A stretch of 64,000 nucleotides of DNA from an uncultured Prevotella sp. GTDB lineage: Bacteria > Bacteroidota > Bacteroidia > Bacteroidales > Bacteroidaceae. Positions 54,411 through 63,217 of the stretch are shown here, in pieces; position 1 is the stretch's first letter, and every line of letters starts with the position of its first letter. The position numbers and the translations under genes were made by a program. The stretch is from NCBI GenBank assembly GCA_900315525.1, contig OMZO01000013.1, positions 2,646-66,645 of the forward strand. The letters run 5' to 3'. The notes beneath the pieces were generated by a model that did not search any database, was not told the DNA's origin, and saw nothing but the letters and a program-made list of their open reading frames with translations.

Positions 54411-55259
54411 ATGTTAAGTGTTGACGAACTGGTGGACAGACTGATTGATTTGTCATTTGCCGAGGACATCGGCGACGGCGACCATACCACATTGTGCTGT
54501 ATTCCTGAGGACGCGATGGGCAAGTCGCATCTGCTCATCAAGGAGGATGGTATCCTCGCTGGCGTGGAGATTGCCAAGGAGGTGTTCCGTCGTTTCGACC
54601 CCACCATGCAGGTGGAGGTGCTCATGGGCGACGGCACGCGTGTGAAGAAGGGTGACATCGCTATGGTGGTTACAGGTAAGATTCGTTCCCTGCTACAGAC
54701 GGAGCGCCTGATGCTGAATATCATGCAGCGCATGAGCGGCATCGCCACCATGACCGATAAGTACGTGCAGCGACTGAAGGGTACAAAGACCCGTGTGCTC
54801 GATACCCGCAAGACGACACCGGGCATGCGCATGCTCGAGAAGCAGGCCGTGAAGATCGGCGGAGGCTGCAACCATCGTATCGGACTCTTCGACATGATCC
54901 TGCTGAAGGACAACCACGTCGATTTCGCAGGTGGTATCACCAATGCCATCGACCGCTGCCATAAGTACCTGAAGGAGAAGGGCCTCGACCTGAAAATCGA
55001 GATTGAGGTGCGTTCCTTCGACGAGTTGCAGCAGGTGCTTGACCACGGTGGCGTGGACCGTATCATGCTCGACAACTTCAGCGTGCCCGACACGAAGAAG
55101 GCTGTTGACATCATCGCTGGCCGCGTGGAGACAGAGTCGAGTGGGGGCATCACCTATGATACCATCCGCGACTACGCCGAACAGGGTGTGGACTTTATCT
55201 CCGTGGGTGCACTCACACACTCTGTGAAGGGACTCGACATGTCGTTCAAAGCCTGCTAA
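54411..55259 (+). CDS. nadC: Nicotinate-nucleotide diphosphorylase (carboxylating)
   Basis: 282 aa. The motifs RKTTPGMR, KDNH and IEVE fit the quinolinate phosphoribosyltransferase family. Confidence 0.9.
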   Translation: MLSVDELVDRLIDLSFAEDIGDGDHTTLCCIPEDAMGKSHLLIKEDGILAGVEIAKEVFRRFDPTMQVEVLMGDGTRVKKGDIAMVVTGKIRSLLQTERLMLNIMQRMSGIATMTDKYVQRLKGTKTRVLDTRKTTPGMRMLEKQAVKIGGGCNHRIGLFDMILLKDNHVDFAGGITNAIDRCHKYLKEKGLDLKIEIEVRSFDELQQVLDHGGVDRIMLDNFSVPDTKKAVDIIAGRVETESSGGITYDTIRDYAEQGVDFISVGALTHSVKGLDMSFKAC

Positions 55260-55271
55260 TCGCCTAAGATT

Positions 55272-56990
55272 ATGAAAAGACAACTGATTGTATCAGCTTT
55301 GCTGATGGCTGCAGCCGGGGCTATGGCCTGCACGAACTTCATCGTGGGTAAGAAGGCCTCGACCGACGGTTCGGTGTTTGTCACCTACAATGCCGACTCC
55401 TATGGTGCCTTCATGCCGCTCTACCACTATCCTGCCGCTACCCACCAGCCTGGTGAGATGCGCAAGGTGTATGAGTGGGACACCAACAAGTATCTCGGTG
55501 AGATTGCCGAGGCACCGCAGACCTACAACGTGATCGGAAATGCCAACGAGTGGCAGGTGACTATCGGTGAGACGACCTTCGGTGGTCGCGAGGAGATGGC
55601 TGACTCGACAGGTGTCATCGACTACGGATCACTGATCTATATCGCCCTGCAGCGCTCGAAGACCGCCCGTGAGGCTCTGCGCGTGATGACCTCGCTCGTG
55701 GAACAATATGGCTACTGCTCTGAAGGTGAGACTTTCTCAGTGGCAGACAAGGACGAGGCCTGGATGCTGGAGATGATGGGCTGCGGTCCTGACCGCACGA
55801 AGTCGAAGGAACGCACCGTATGGGTGGCTATACGCATCCCCGACGATGCCATCGCCGCACATGCCAACCAGAGCCGTATCACGAAGTTCCTCGATGGCCG
55901 CTACACCCGTGTGAAGATGACCGACCTGTTCGGCAAGAAATACGCCCTTACAGCCAAGAAGCCCATCACCAATCTGATGGTATGCTCGGACAATGTCGTG
56001 AGCTATGCCCGCACGATGGGTTGGTTTGAGGGCAAGGATGCCGACTTCTCCTATAATGGTGCGTATGCCGCTCCCGACTTCTCGGGCCGTCGCTATTGTG
56101 AGGCTCGTGTGTGGAGCTTCTTCAATCGCTTCGCTGATGATTTCTCTGCCTATGTGCCCTATGCCGCAGGCAAGGATGCTGACGCCAAGGAGATGCCGCT
56201 CTGGATCATCCCCAATAAGAAAGTGTCGCTGCAGGATCTGCGCGACGCCATGCGCGACCACTATGAGGGTACGCCATTCGCACTCGACTCTGATATCGGC
56301 GGCGGTATCTACCAGATGCCGTATCGTCCGTCGCCTCTTTCATATAAGATTGATGGACAGGAGTATTTCAACGAACGTCCTATCTCCACCCAGCAGACGG
56401 CCTGGTCGTTTATCTCCCAGATGCGCAGTTTCATGCCGCGCGAGGTAGGAGGCTGCTTCTGGTTTGGCAATGACGATGGCAATATGGTGGCCTACACCCC
56501 GATGTATGCTTCCATCACCCGTCGCCCGAAGTGCTTCTCTGGTGAGGGTGCCGACGATGTGACATTCTCCATGGATAATGCCTTCTGGGTGTGCAACTGG
56601 GTCAGCAATATGGTCTATCCCCGTTACTCGCAGATGTTCCCGAGTCTTCAGGAGGTGCGTGACTCGCTCGACGCCTCTTACAGTCAGCTACAGCCCGAGA
56701 TCGAGGCCAAAGCCCTTGCTCTGCCTACAGCCGAGGAACGCATCAACTATCTGACGTCCTACAGTTGTCAGAAGGGCGACGAGATGATTGAGCGTTGGCG
56801 CCAGCTGGCGTTCTTCCTGATTGTGAAGTACAACGATATGGTGGTGAGGCCTACAGACAAGGAAGGCCGTTTCGAGCGAAATAAGTTCGGTGGTGGTGCA
56901 CGTGTCGTGCGTCCTGGCTTCCCCGAGGCTTATGCCAAGGATCTGATCAAGCAGACAGGTGATAAGTTTGTGGTGCCGACGAAGAAATAG
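55272..56990 (+). CDS. C69 family dipeptidase
   Basis: A signal peptide is followed by the catalytic Cys context AMACTNFIVGKKASTDGS. Length is 572 aa. Confidence 0.85.
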   Translation: MKRQLIVSALLMAAAGAMACTNFIVGKKASTDGSVFVTYNADSYGAFMPLYHYPAATHQPGEMRKVYEWDTNKYLGEIAEAPQTYNVIGNANEWQVTIGETTFGGREEMADSTGVIDYGSLIYIALQRSKTAREALRVMTSLVEQYGYCSEGETFSVADKDEAWMLEMMGCGPDRTKSKERTVWVAIRIPDDAIAAHANQSRITKFLDGRYTRVKMTDLFGKKYALTAKKPITNLMVCSDNVVSYARTMGWFEGKDADFSYNGAYAAPDFSGRRYCEARVWSFFNRFADDFSAYVPYAAGKDADAKEMPLWIIPNKKVSLQDLRDAMRDHYEGTPFALDSDIGGGIYQMPYRPSPLSYKIDGQEYFNERPISTQQTAWSFISQMRSFMPREVGGCFWFGNDDGNMVAYTPMYASITRRPKCFSGEGADDVTFSMDNAFWVCNWVSNMVYPRYSQMFPSLQEVRDSLDASYSQLQPEIEAKALALPTAEERINYLTSYSCQKGDEMIERWRQLAFFLIVKYNDMVVRPTDKEGRFERNKFGGGARVVRPGFPEAYAKDLIKQTGDKFVVPTKK

Positions 56991-56993
56991 GCA

Positions 56994-57887
56994 TCAGGAT
57001 CCGAGACTGAGGAAATAACCAAGACGGTAGAGCTTGAAAACCGTCAGACTAGGTTGGGCGCTGCAGAGGATGCGGCGCTCAATTTTGTTGAAGAGTGCGT
57101 GAAATCTGCAGATCAGCCAACGGACGACAGACAGGTGGATGCCATCAGCCAGCGTGAGCAGCTTGGAGTAGCCGCGCAGGTCCTTGCGGAAGGCGTGGAG
57201 TGTACGGAGGTTTTGCTCGGTCTTACGCAGAAAGGCAGGATTGTCTTCAAAGGTGTCCATCATCACAGGGTTGTCGATATGGGTGACGGGGAAGTCTCGC
57301 TGCTTAAGTTGTTTGCCGAAAAAGACGTCTTCGTAGCCGCTACGCTTGAAGCGCTCGTCGAAGCGACAGTCCATAAATGTCTCGTACTTGATCATGAAGT
57401 TGGTGGAGCGAAACTCCTTATATGGGTTCTGTTGACGACGTATGACGGAGTGGGCCATCTCTGCCTGCTTCTCATAGCGGTATCTCAGGTTGCCCTCCCA
57501 GCGTGCATCAGTGGTGATGCAGATGCCACCGTTGACGACACAAAAATCCTCTGTGGCCAGATAGCGCTGGATGAAATCGTTGTTGGGGATGGTGACGTCG
57601 CAGTCGATGAACAGCAGATGGTCGTACTGGCTTTGGGTGGCAAGGAAATTGCGTGTCGTCGCACTGCCACTGTTCTGTTCCCTGGTGATGAATCGGCAGC
57701 GGGGCTGTTGGCTGATAGCCTGATTCTCGACAATGGTGTCGGTATCCGTCGAGCCGTCGTCGGTTACGATAATCTCGTAATCGGTGTCTGCTGCCTGTAG
57801 AAGAACCACAAGTTGCTTCACCAATGACACACAACAGTGGTTGTAGGTCGGAATGAGGACGGAAAGACCGGGTTTACGCATAGTCAT
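56994..57887 (-). CDS. Family 2 glycosyltransferase
   Basis: LSVLIPTYNHCCVSLV...IVTDDGSTD...LLFIDCD is a GT2 signature. Confidence 0.85.
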   Translation of the reverse strand: MTMRKPGLSVLIPTYNHCCVSLVKQLVVLLQAADTDYEIIVTDDGSTDTDTIVENQAISQQPRCRFITREQNSGSATTRNFLATQSQYDHLLFIDCDVTIPNNDFIQRYLATEDFCVVNGGICITTDARWEGNLRYRYEKQAEMAHSVIRRQQNPYKEFRSTNFMIKYETFMDCRFDERFKRSGYEDVFFGKQLKQRDFPVTHIDNPVMMDTFEDNPAFLRKTEQNLRTLHAFRKDLRGYSKLLTLADGIHLSVVRWLICRFHALFNKIERRILCSAQPSLTVFKLYRLGYFLSLGS

Positions 57888-57891
57888 GGCG

Positions 57892-57899
57892 CAAAATTA
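57892..57899 (-). promoter_or_regulatory. -7 promoter box TAATTTTG only 4 nt upstream of ATG 57887 (possible leaderless mRNA)
   Basis: The minus strand reads TAATTTTG-CGCC-ATG. Confidence 0.35.
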
Positions 57900-57963
57900 C
57901 ACAAAAATCGTGAAAATCAACAAGTTTATTGCCGAATATTTTGGATATTCTGTGGAAATGTTG

Positions 57964-57971
57964 TACCTTTG
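57964..57971 (+). promoter_or_regulatory. -7 promoter box TACCTTTG for rpsP
   Basis: Matches TAnnTTTG, 66 nt upstream of ATG 58037. Confidence 0.5.
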
Positions 57972-58036
57972 CAGCCGCTTTTACGAGTTAAGAGCATGAA
58001 ATTCAAACATTTTAAACATTTAAACAACAAAAAGAA

Positions 58037-58606
58037 ATGGCAACAAAGATCAGATTGCAGCGCGGTGGTCGCAAAGGTTATGCTTTCTACAGCATCGTGA
58101 TCGCTGATGCTCGTGCACCACGAGATGGTAGATTTACTGAAAAGATTGGTACTTACAATCCTAACACCAATCCCGCCACGGTAGATTTGAATTTCGAGCG
58201 TGCGCTCTACTGGGTTGAGACCGGTGCCCAGCCCACAGACACAGTACGTAACATCCTGAGCCGTGAGGGCGTCTACCTGATGAAGCACCTCCGCGGTGGT
58301 GTGAAGAAGGGCGCTTTCGATGAGGCTGCTGCACAGAAGAAGTTCGATGCCTGGAAGGCTGACAAGCAGAACGGTCTGAACAAGATCGCTGACGCTGAGG
58401 CTAAGGCAAAGAAAGAGGCTGCTGCTAATGCACTGAAGGCAGAGAAGGCCGTCAATGAGGCTATCGCCAAGAAGGTAGCTGACAAGAAGGCTGCCGAGGC
58501 TGCTGCTAAGGCTGAAGAAGAGGCTGCAAAGGCTGCTGAGGCCGCTGCTGCTGAGGCTCCCGCAGAGGAGGCTGCTCCTGCTGCTGAGGCTCCTGCTGAG
58601 GCTTAA
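58037..58606 (+). CDS. rpsP: 30S ribosomal protein S16 with an Ala/Lys/Glu-rich C-terminal extension
   Basis: [42 protein letters not shown] is the S16 core. About 100 aa of A/K/E low-complexity tail follow. Confidence 0.9.
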   Translation: MATKIRLQRGGRKGYAFYSIVIADARAPRDGRFTEKIGTYNPNTNPATVDLNFERALYWVETGAQPTDTVRNILSREGVYLMKHLRGGVKKGAFDEAAAQKKFDAWKADKQNGLNKIADAEAKAKKEAAANALKAEKAVNEAIAKKVADKKAAEAAAKAEEEAAKAAEAAAAEAPAEEAAPAAEAPAEA

Positions 58607-58612
58607 TTATTT

Positions 58613-58704
58613 GGCACGGATTTACACGGCTTTTATTAAAAAAACACGGCTTTTTCTTCGGAGAAGGCCGTGTTCTTATTTTTATGGCTGTGTAAATCCG
58701 TACC
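58613..58704. repeat. Nested-hairpin intergenic element, copy C of the GGCACGGATnnACACGGC family
   Basis: The outer inverted repeat is GGCACGGATTTACACGGC (58613-58630) against GGCTGTGTAAATCCGTACC (58686-58704), 2 mismatches. The inner hairpin is AACACGGCTTT...AAGGCCGTGTT (58643-58674). Confidence 0.8.
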
Positions 58705-59804
58705 TAAATACTATTCCAGAAGTCAAGGTATTGACTGGCTACTTTCCGGTAGTCGTGGTGGCGGCGTACGTATTCGATACTCTGTCGCTTGAGAGCTGGG
58801 ATGCGTTCGGGATGCAGCACGAGTTGCTCGAGTTCGTGATAGACACTTTCATAGGTAGGCTCCACGTTGATGATGGGGCGCAGCTCGTGTTCATCAATGA
58901 TCTCGTAATTCTCCGGTTCACCGCCACCGATACAGATGATGCCTTTCGACATAGCCAGCAATGAGTTCATCGATGGGGTATAGCTGTATAGCTGGTCGAT
59001 GATGGCGTCGCAACCCTCCATCATCCGCTGGTATTCATCGAAGGGTACCGACCTGGCTATCACGAGTTCCATGCTTTCTTTGTATTTGTCGCGTATGTCC
59101 TTGGCGGCACGCAGCATGATGTCCGTACCCTTGTAAGCCATGCGGGCCACGTCGATGCCAAAGAAGACGACCACTTTGGATGGTTGTGTACGTTCGGTAT
59201 TCGCCTCTTTTGGCAGTTGGATGGGCAGGGGGATGAAGCGGGTCTTCTCTGGGAAGTAGCTGCTATAGCAAACCTGATACTCGTAGAGACAGGTGGGGAT
59301 GCCGTCGCAGTCGGTCATCACCTTGCGGCAATAGTCACCCTTAGGGGTGTCGATCCATTCGTCGATGAATTTCTTGTTCTGTGGCTCGTCGGTACGCATC
59401 TTGTCGCCTATGTAGAAGTCGCCATAGCGCAAGAGCCGTTTATGGAGTCCGGCATCTACCCAGTACCAGTCACAGCCAAAGGCACCGATGAAGATGCGCT
59501 TATTGTGCCGACGGAGGTATTGGTAGACATAATATTGGCGTTCGCCCTTCAGCCAGATGAAATCGGGATTGATGAGTTGAACGACATCGTAGCCCCGGAG
59601 TCTTGGAAGGAGCAGGAGCACTTTCAGCAGGTAGAAGATGCCGCTGAGCTTCGATGTCGAGCCGCGCTTCAGGGTGATATCCCGCTTGTAGTTGCGCCAG
59701 GCATTACCGTCGGAGACGACTGTCACTTTGTGCCCGAGTTCTCGCAGTCCTTCTGCCAGTGTGGCGTGCAGGTTGCTGTATTCACCGAGTAGTAGGATCT
59801 TCAT
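58704..59804 (-). CDS. GT-B fold glycosyltransferase (GT1/GT4-like)
   Basis: 366 aa. MKILLLGEYSNLHATLAEGLRELGHKVTVVS is the typical N-terminal Rossmann start of GT4-like enzymes. Confidence 0.7.
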   Translation of the reverse strand: MKILLLGEYSNLHATLAEGLRELGHKVTVVSDGNAWRNYKRDITLKRGSTSKLSGIFYLLKVLLLLPRLRGYDVVQLINPDFIWLKGERQYYVYQYLRRHNKRIFIGAFGCDWYWVDAGLHKRLLRYGDFYIGDKMRTDEPQNKKFIDEWIDTPKGDYCRKVMTDCDGIPTCLYEYQVCYSSYFPEKTRFIPLPIQLPKEANTERTQPSKVVVFFGIDVARMAYKGTDIMLRAAKDIRDKYKESMELVIARSVPFDEYQRMMEGCDAIIDQLYSYTPSMNSLLAMSKGIICIGGGEPENYEIIDEHELRPIINVEPTYESVYHELEQLVLHPERIPALKRQSIEYVRRHHDYRKVASQYLDFWNSI

Positions 59805-60763
59805 GCTTCTTTTTGGATGAGTGGGATGAGACGCATGAGCAGGCTGATACCCGTCGGACTATTGCTCAGACGACGGAACCATGTGTATTTGGTGGTGTAG
59901 TCCTTGTCGGGCAGGGGAAAGAGTCCCTCTTGTCGCAGTCCTTCCATTTTGCGTTCCAGATAATGGCGGGAACCGGTCAGGCGGATGATGTTGTAGAGAT
60001 AATCCATTGTGAGCTGTGCCACACGACGTTGCAGTGCTGTCTTCTCGTTGACGGGTAGGCGGTCTGTGAAGGCGTTCAGGCGAGTGATGACAGCTTTCGT
60101 CTCCGACAGTCGTCTGATGATGCTCCGCTTGCTTGTCTGGTGGGTGGCCGAAGCCTGGTGCTGCCGATAGTAATAGGCGGTGGCATTAGTCCTGTAGGTG
60201 GATTCTGCCCGTAGGATGAGTTGGGCTGTGAATTCTTCGTCCTCGCCATAGTTGGTACCGGGGGTGAAGAGCAGCGTGCCGCGTATTGACTGTTGGAAGA
60301 GATAACTGCAGATGGATCCATGGATGTTCTGACTGCGCATGAGGTCGGTACCGCTGAAGGGACCTTGGTCGGTGAAGTCGGCCTCCGTCTCCTTCTGGCT
60401 TGTGAAGTCGAACATCACCATGTCGGTTTTCGAGAACCGGATGAGGTCGATGCAGTGTTCGTAGGCAGGTTGTACCAGTCGGTCGTCGGCATCGATGAAT
60501 TGGATATATTGACCTGAGGCGGTGCGGAGTCCCAAGTTGCGGGCCGTACTGACACCACCGTTGCTTTTGCGTAGGTAGAGAATGTCGCTACCATATTTCA
60601 TCAGAGCATTCATCGGGCATGAGTTCGACCCGTCATCGACGATGATGATTTCACGTTCATAGGGACGCAATGAGAGGGAGAGAATGCTCTCAATGCATTC
60701 ACAGAGCATCTCCAACGGCAAGTTGTAGTAAGTGACGATGAAGCTGATTAGTGGCTTCTCCAT
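59801..60763 (-). CDS. Family 2 glycosyltransferase
   Basis: MEKPLISFIVTYYNLP...IIVDDGSN...IQFIDADD. An alternative upstream ATG lies at 60793. The stop overlaps the next start (ATGA). Confidence 0.85.
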   Translation of the reverse strand: MEKPLISFIVTYYNLPLEMLCECIESILSLSLRPYEREIIIVDDGSNSCPMNALMKYGSDILYLRKSNGGVSTARNLGLRTASGQYIQFIDADDRLVQPAYEHCIDLIRFSKTDMVMFDFTSQKETEADFTDQGPFSGTDLMRSQNIHGSICSYLFQQSIRGTLLFTPGTNYGEDEEFTAQLILRAESTYRTNATAYYYRQHQASATHQTSKRSIIRRLSETKAVITRLNAFTDRLPVNEKTALQRRVAQLTMDYLYNIIRLTGSRHYLERKMEGLRQEGLFPLPDKDYTTKYTWFRRLSNSPTGISLLMRLIPLIQKEA

Positions 60764-61668
60764 AGAATGTGAATTATTTTGTTTAACTTGCATATCTTGT
60801 TAATACCCAAAAGATTGAGTGCGAAAACTTTTAGTTTTTCTATACCTTTGAAGTGCTGCGGGTTCAGCGTGTGTGGTGGCAGAATAGGCCTATCTCCTGT
60901 CTGCTCATAGACATCCATCTGGATATTCATCACACGTAGGTAGTAGCGTTCGAAGGCGGCTTCTTGTCCAGCGACGGGATGGAGCATCTCCAGGTGTGAT
61001 TGCAGCAGCATCTGCAAAGCCTTCCCATCGGCGTTCATCGTGATTCCCTTAGGGTTGGGCAGATAGTAGTAGAGTCCTGTGTTCGTGGTGCTGATACGTC
61101 GGGCTTTCTTAATCAGTTGGGGTAGTGTGAAAGTGTCTTCGAACACCCGGCCTACGGGGAAGCGTATATCATCGAAGAGACTGGCGCGGTAGAGCTTATT
61201 ACAGGCGTAGCAATGTTCGTAGGCCTGTGTGGCATACCAGTATTTGGTGGCATCGCTGAAAGTCTGTCGCCTGAAGGTGAGCCGGTGCTGGTCGGAGGCG
61301 CCGTAACGGATATAGGCGGGATATTCCAGCAGGTCGGTCTCTGGTGATTCGCAGAGCTGCTTCATCAGTTGTTGGTAGGTGTTCGGCGCCAGATAGTCGT
61401 CGGCATCGACGAAGGTCAGGTAGTCACCTGTCGCTATCTCCAAGCCAGCATTGCGGGCATCGCTGAGACCACCGTTTGCCTTGTGGATGGTCCTGATGCG
61501 GGCATCGCGCTGGGCCCAGTCGTCGCATTGGCGGGGACAGTCATCAGGCGAGCCGTCATCGACGAGGATGACTTCCATTGACTCACAACCCTGTGACAGA
61601 ACACTCTCCACGCAACGCTTTAGGGTGGCATCTGCTCGATAGACTGGTATGATAACGCTGAGTTTCAT
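60748..61668 (-). CDS. Family 2 glycosyltransferase
   Basis: MKLSVIIPVYRADATLKRCVESV...ILVDDGSPD...LTFVDADD. Confidence 0.85.
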   Translation of the reverse strand: MKLSVIIPVYRADATLKRCVESVLSQGCESMEVILVDDGSPDDCPRQCDDWAQRDARIRTIHKANGGLSDARNAGLEIATGDYLTFVDADDYLAPNTYQQLMKQLCESPETDLLEYPAYIRYGASDQHRLTFRRQTFSDATKYWYATQAYEHCYACNKLYRASLFDDIRFPVGRVFEDTFTLPQLIKKARRISTTNTGLYYYLPNPKGITMNADGKALQMLLQSHLEMLHPVAGQEAAFERYYLRVMNIQMDVYEQTGDRPILPPHTLNPQHFKGIEKLKVFALNLLGINKICKLNKIIHILWRSH

Positions 61669-61672
61669 GCTG

Positions 61673-61680
61673 CAAAGGTA
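61673..61680 (-). promoter_or_regulatory. -7 promoter box TACCTTTG only 4 nt upstream of ATG 61668 (possible leaderless mRNA)
   Basis: The minus strand reads TACCTTTG-CAGC-ATG. Confidence 0.35.
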
Positions 61681-61712
61681 AGAAAAAATTTGGAGAATAG
61701 AAATAATTGTCT

Positions 61713-61720
61713 TACTTTTG
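61713..61720 (+). promoter_or_regulatory. -7 promoter box TACTTTTG for the flippase gene
   Basis: Matches TAnnTTTG, 18 nt upstream of ATG 61739. Confidence 0.5.
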
Positions 61721-61738
61721 CGTTTAAATTAGGAAACG

Positions 61739-63217
61739 ATGTTGAAAGATTCTGATGGCAGTTACGGTCATGTCCTGAAATATACGGGCGTGTTTGGCGG
61801 TGTGCAGGGCCTGAATATCCTTTTAGGTCTTGTGCGCAATAAGATTGTGGCCTTGCTGCTGGGACCGTCTGGAATGGGACTGGCATCACTCTTCGGCACG
61901 ACTGTGGATTTCGTCTCTAAATCGACCAATTTTGGTGTTCCCTTCAGTGGCGTTCGCAGGCTCTCTGCACTTTATGACAGCGGCGACGCATCGGCCCTTG
62001 AGCGCGAGGTGATGGTGGTTCGTGCCTGGTGTCTGCTGACGGCACTTCTCGGCATGCTCGTCTGCGTGGCGCTGGGGCCGTTCCTGAGTCAGACGGCTTT
62101 TGCTTGGGGCGATCATAGTCTTCACTTCATGTTACTCTCTCCTGCTGTCGGCATGCTGGCGGTGACGGGGGGTGAAACGGCTATCCTGAAGGCACTGCGT
62201 CGTCTTGGTGTGTTAGCATATGTCCAGTTATTCACAGCTATAGCGGCGCTGTTTGTCTCCGTACCTATCTACGCACTCTTTGGCGAAGCAGGCATTGTGC
62301 CTGTGATTGTGATCACAGCCTTTGTCACGATGCTACTCACACTGCGTCGCTCCCTGCAGGTACAACCGTTGCAACTCTCTTGGGAGAAACACCTGGTGGG
62401 CGAGGGAATGGGGATGATCGTATTGGGTGTGGCCTATACATTGGCGGCGATTGCCGGAAGTGGTGCCGAGATGGTGATACGTTCCTATCTGAATGTACAA
62501 GGCGACCTTGATATCCTTGGACTCTATAACGCAGGTTATCTGCTGACGATAACCTATGCAGGGATGGTGTTCTCGGCAATGGATACCGACTTCTTTCCCC
62601 GGCTGTCGGCAGTGCAGCAAGATGTGGCGGCGACGAACTTGACGGTGAACCGTCAGATGGAGGTGTCGCTGTTGTTGCTCTCGCCGATGCTGGCTGTGCT
62701 GATCATTGCCTTGCCGGTGCTGATACCGTTGCTCTATAGTGCGCGTTTCCTGCCGGTAGTGGCGATGGCACAGGTGGCAGCGCTGGCAATGTATCTGAAG
62801 GTGCTCACGCTGCCTGTGGCGTATATCACGTTGGCTCGGGCCAAGTCGATGGCTTTCCTGTTGCTCGAGGTGTCCTACTTCATAGTGCTCGTGGTGCTGA
62901 TGATATTCTGCTTTGAGTGTTGGGGACTCCTCGGTACGGGTATTGCCCTGCTGTTGGCCCATCTTTTCGACTATGTGCTGATCAATGGTTATGCCTATAT
63001 GAAATACGGTTACCGCTGTTCGGTAACCGTATTCAGATATGCTTTCGTACAATTGTCGCTGGGTGCATTTGCCTATGTGCTGACGCTGACGGCTTCAGGT
63101 TTAGCCTATTGGCTCTTAGGGGCTGTCATCGTATTGCTCAGCGGATTGTTCTCCTTGCAAGTGCTGCGTCGTAAAACGCATCTGTGGGAGGCACTCACCC
63201 GCCGTTTCCGTCGTTAG
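61739..63217 (+). CDS. Oligosaccharide flippase (Wzx / MOP superfamily polysaccharide biosynthesis protein)
   Basis: 492 aa with about 12-14 TM. The N-terminus VLKYTGVFGGVQGLNILLGLVRNKIVALLLGPSGMG is typical of Bacteroidales flippases. Confidence 0.8.
   Translation: MLKDSDGSYGHVLKYTGVFGGVQGLNILLGLVRNKIVALLLGPSGMGLASLFGTTVDFVSKSTNFGVPFSGVRRLSALYDSGDASALEREVMVVRAWCLLTALLGMLVCVALGPFLSQTAFAWGDHSLHFMLLSPAVGMLAVTGGETAILKALRRLGVLAYVQLFTAIAALFVSVPIYALFGEAGIVPVIVITAFVTMLLTLRRSLQVQPLQLSWEKHLVGEGMGMIVLGVAYTLAAIAGSGAEMVIRSYLNVQGDLDILGLYNAGYLLTITYAGMVFSAMDTDFFPRLSAVQQDVAATNLTVNRQMEVSLLLLSPMLAVLIIALPVLIPLLYSARFLPVVAMAQVAALAMYLKVLTLPVAYITLARAKSMAFLLLEVSYFIVLVVLMIFCFECWGLLGTGIALLLAHLFDYVLINGYAYMKYGYRCSVTVFRYAFVQLSLGAFAYVLTLTASGLAYWLLGAVIVLLSGLFSLQVLRRKTHLWEALTRRFRR

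Noticed and set aside
53870-55153. A 427-aa minus-strand ORF spanning the OMP and nadC genes
   Set aside because: It is an antisense shadow ORF. It crosses an intergenic region and two well-supported plus-strand genes, and it has no motifs.
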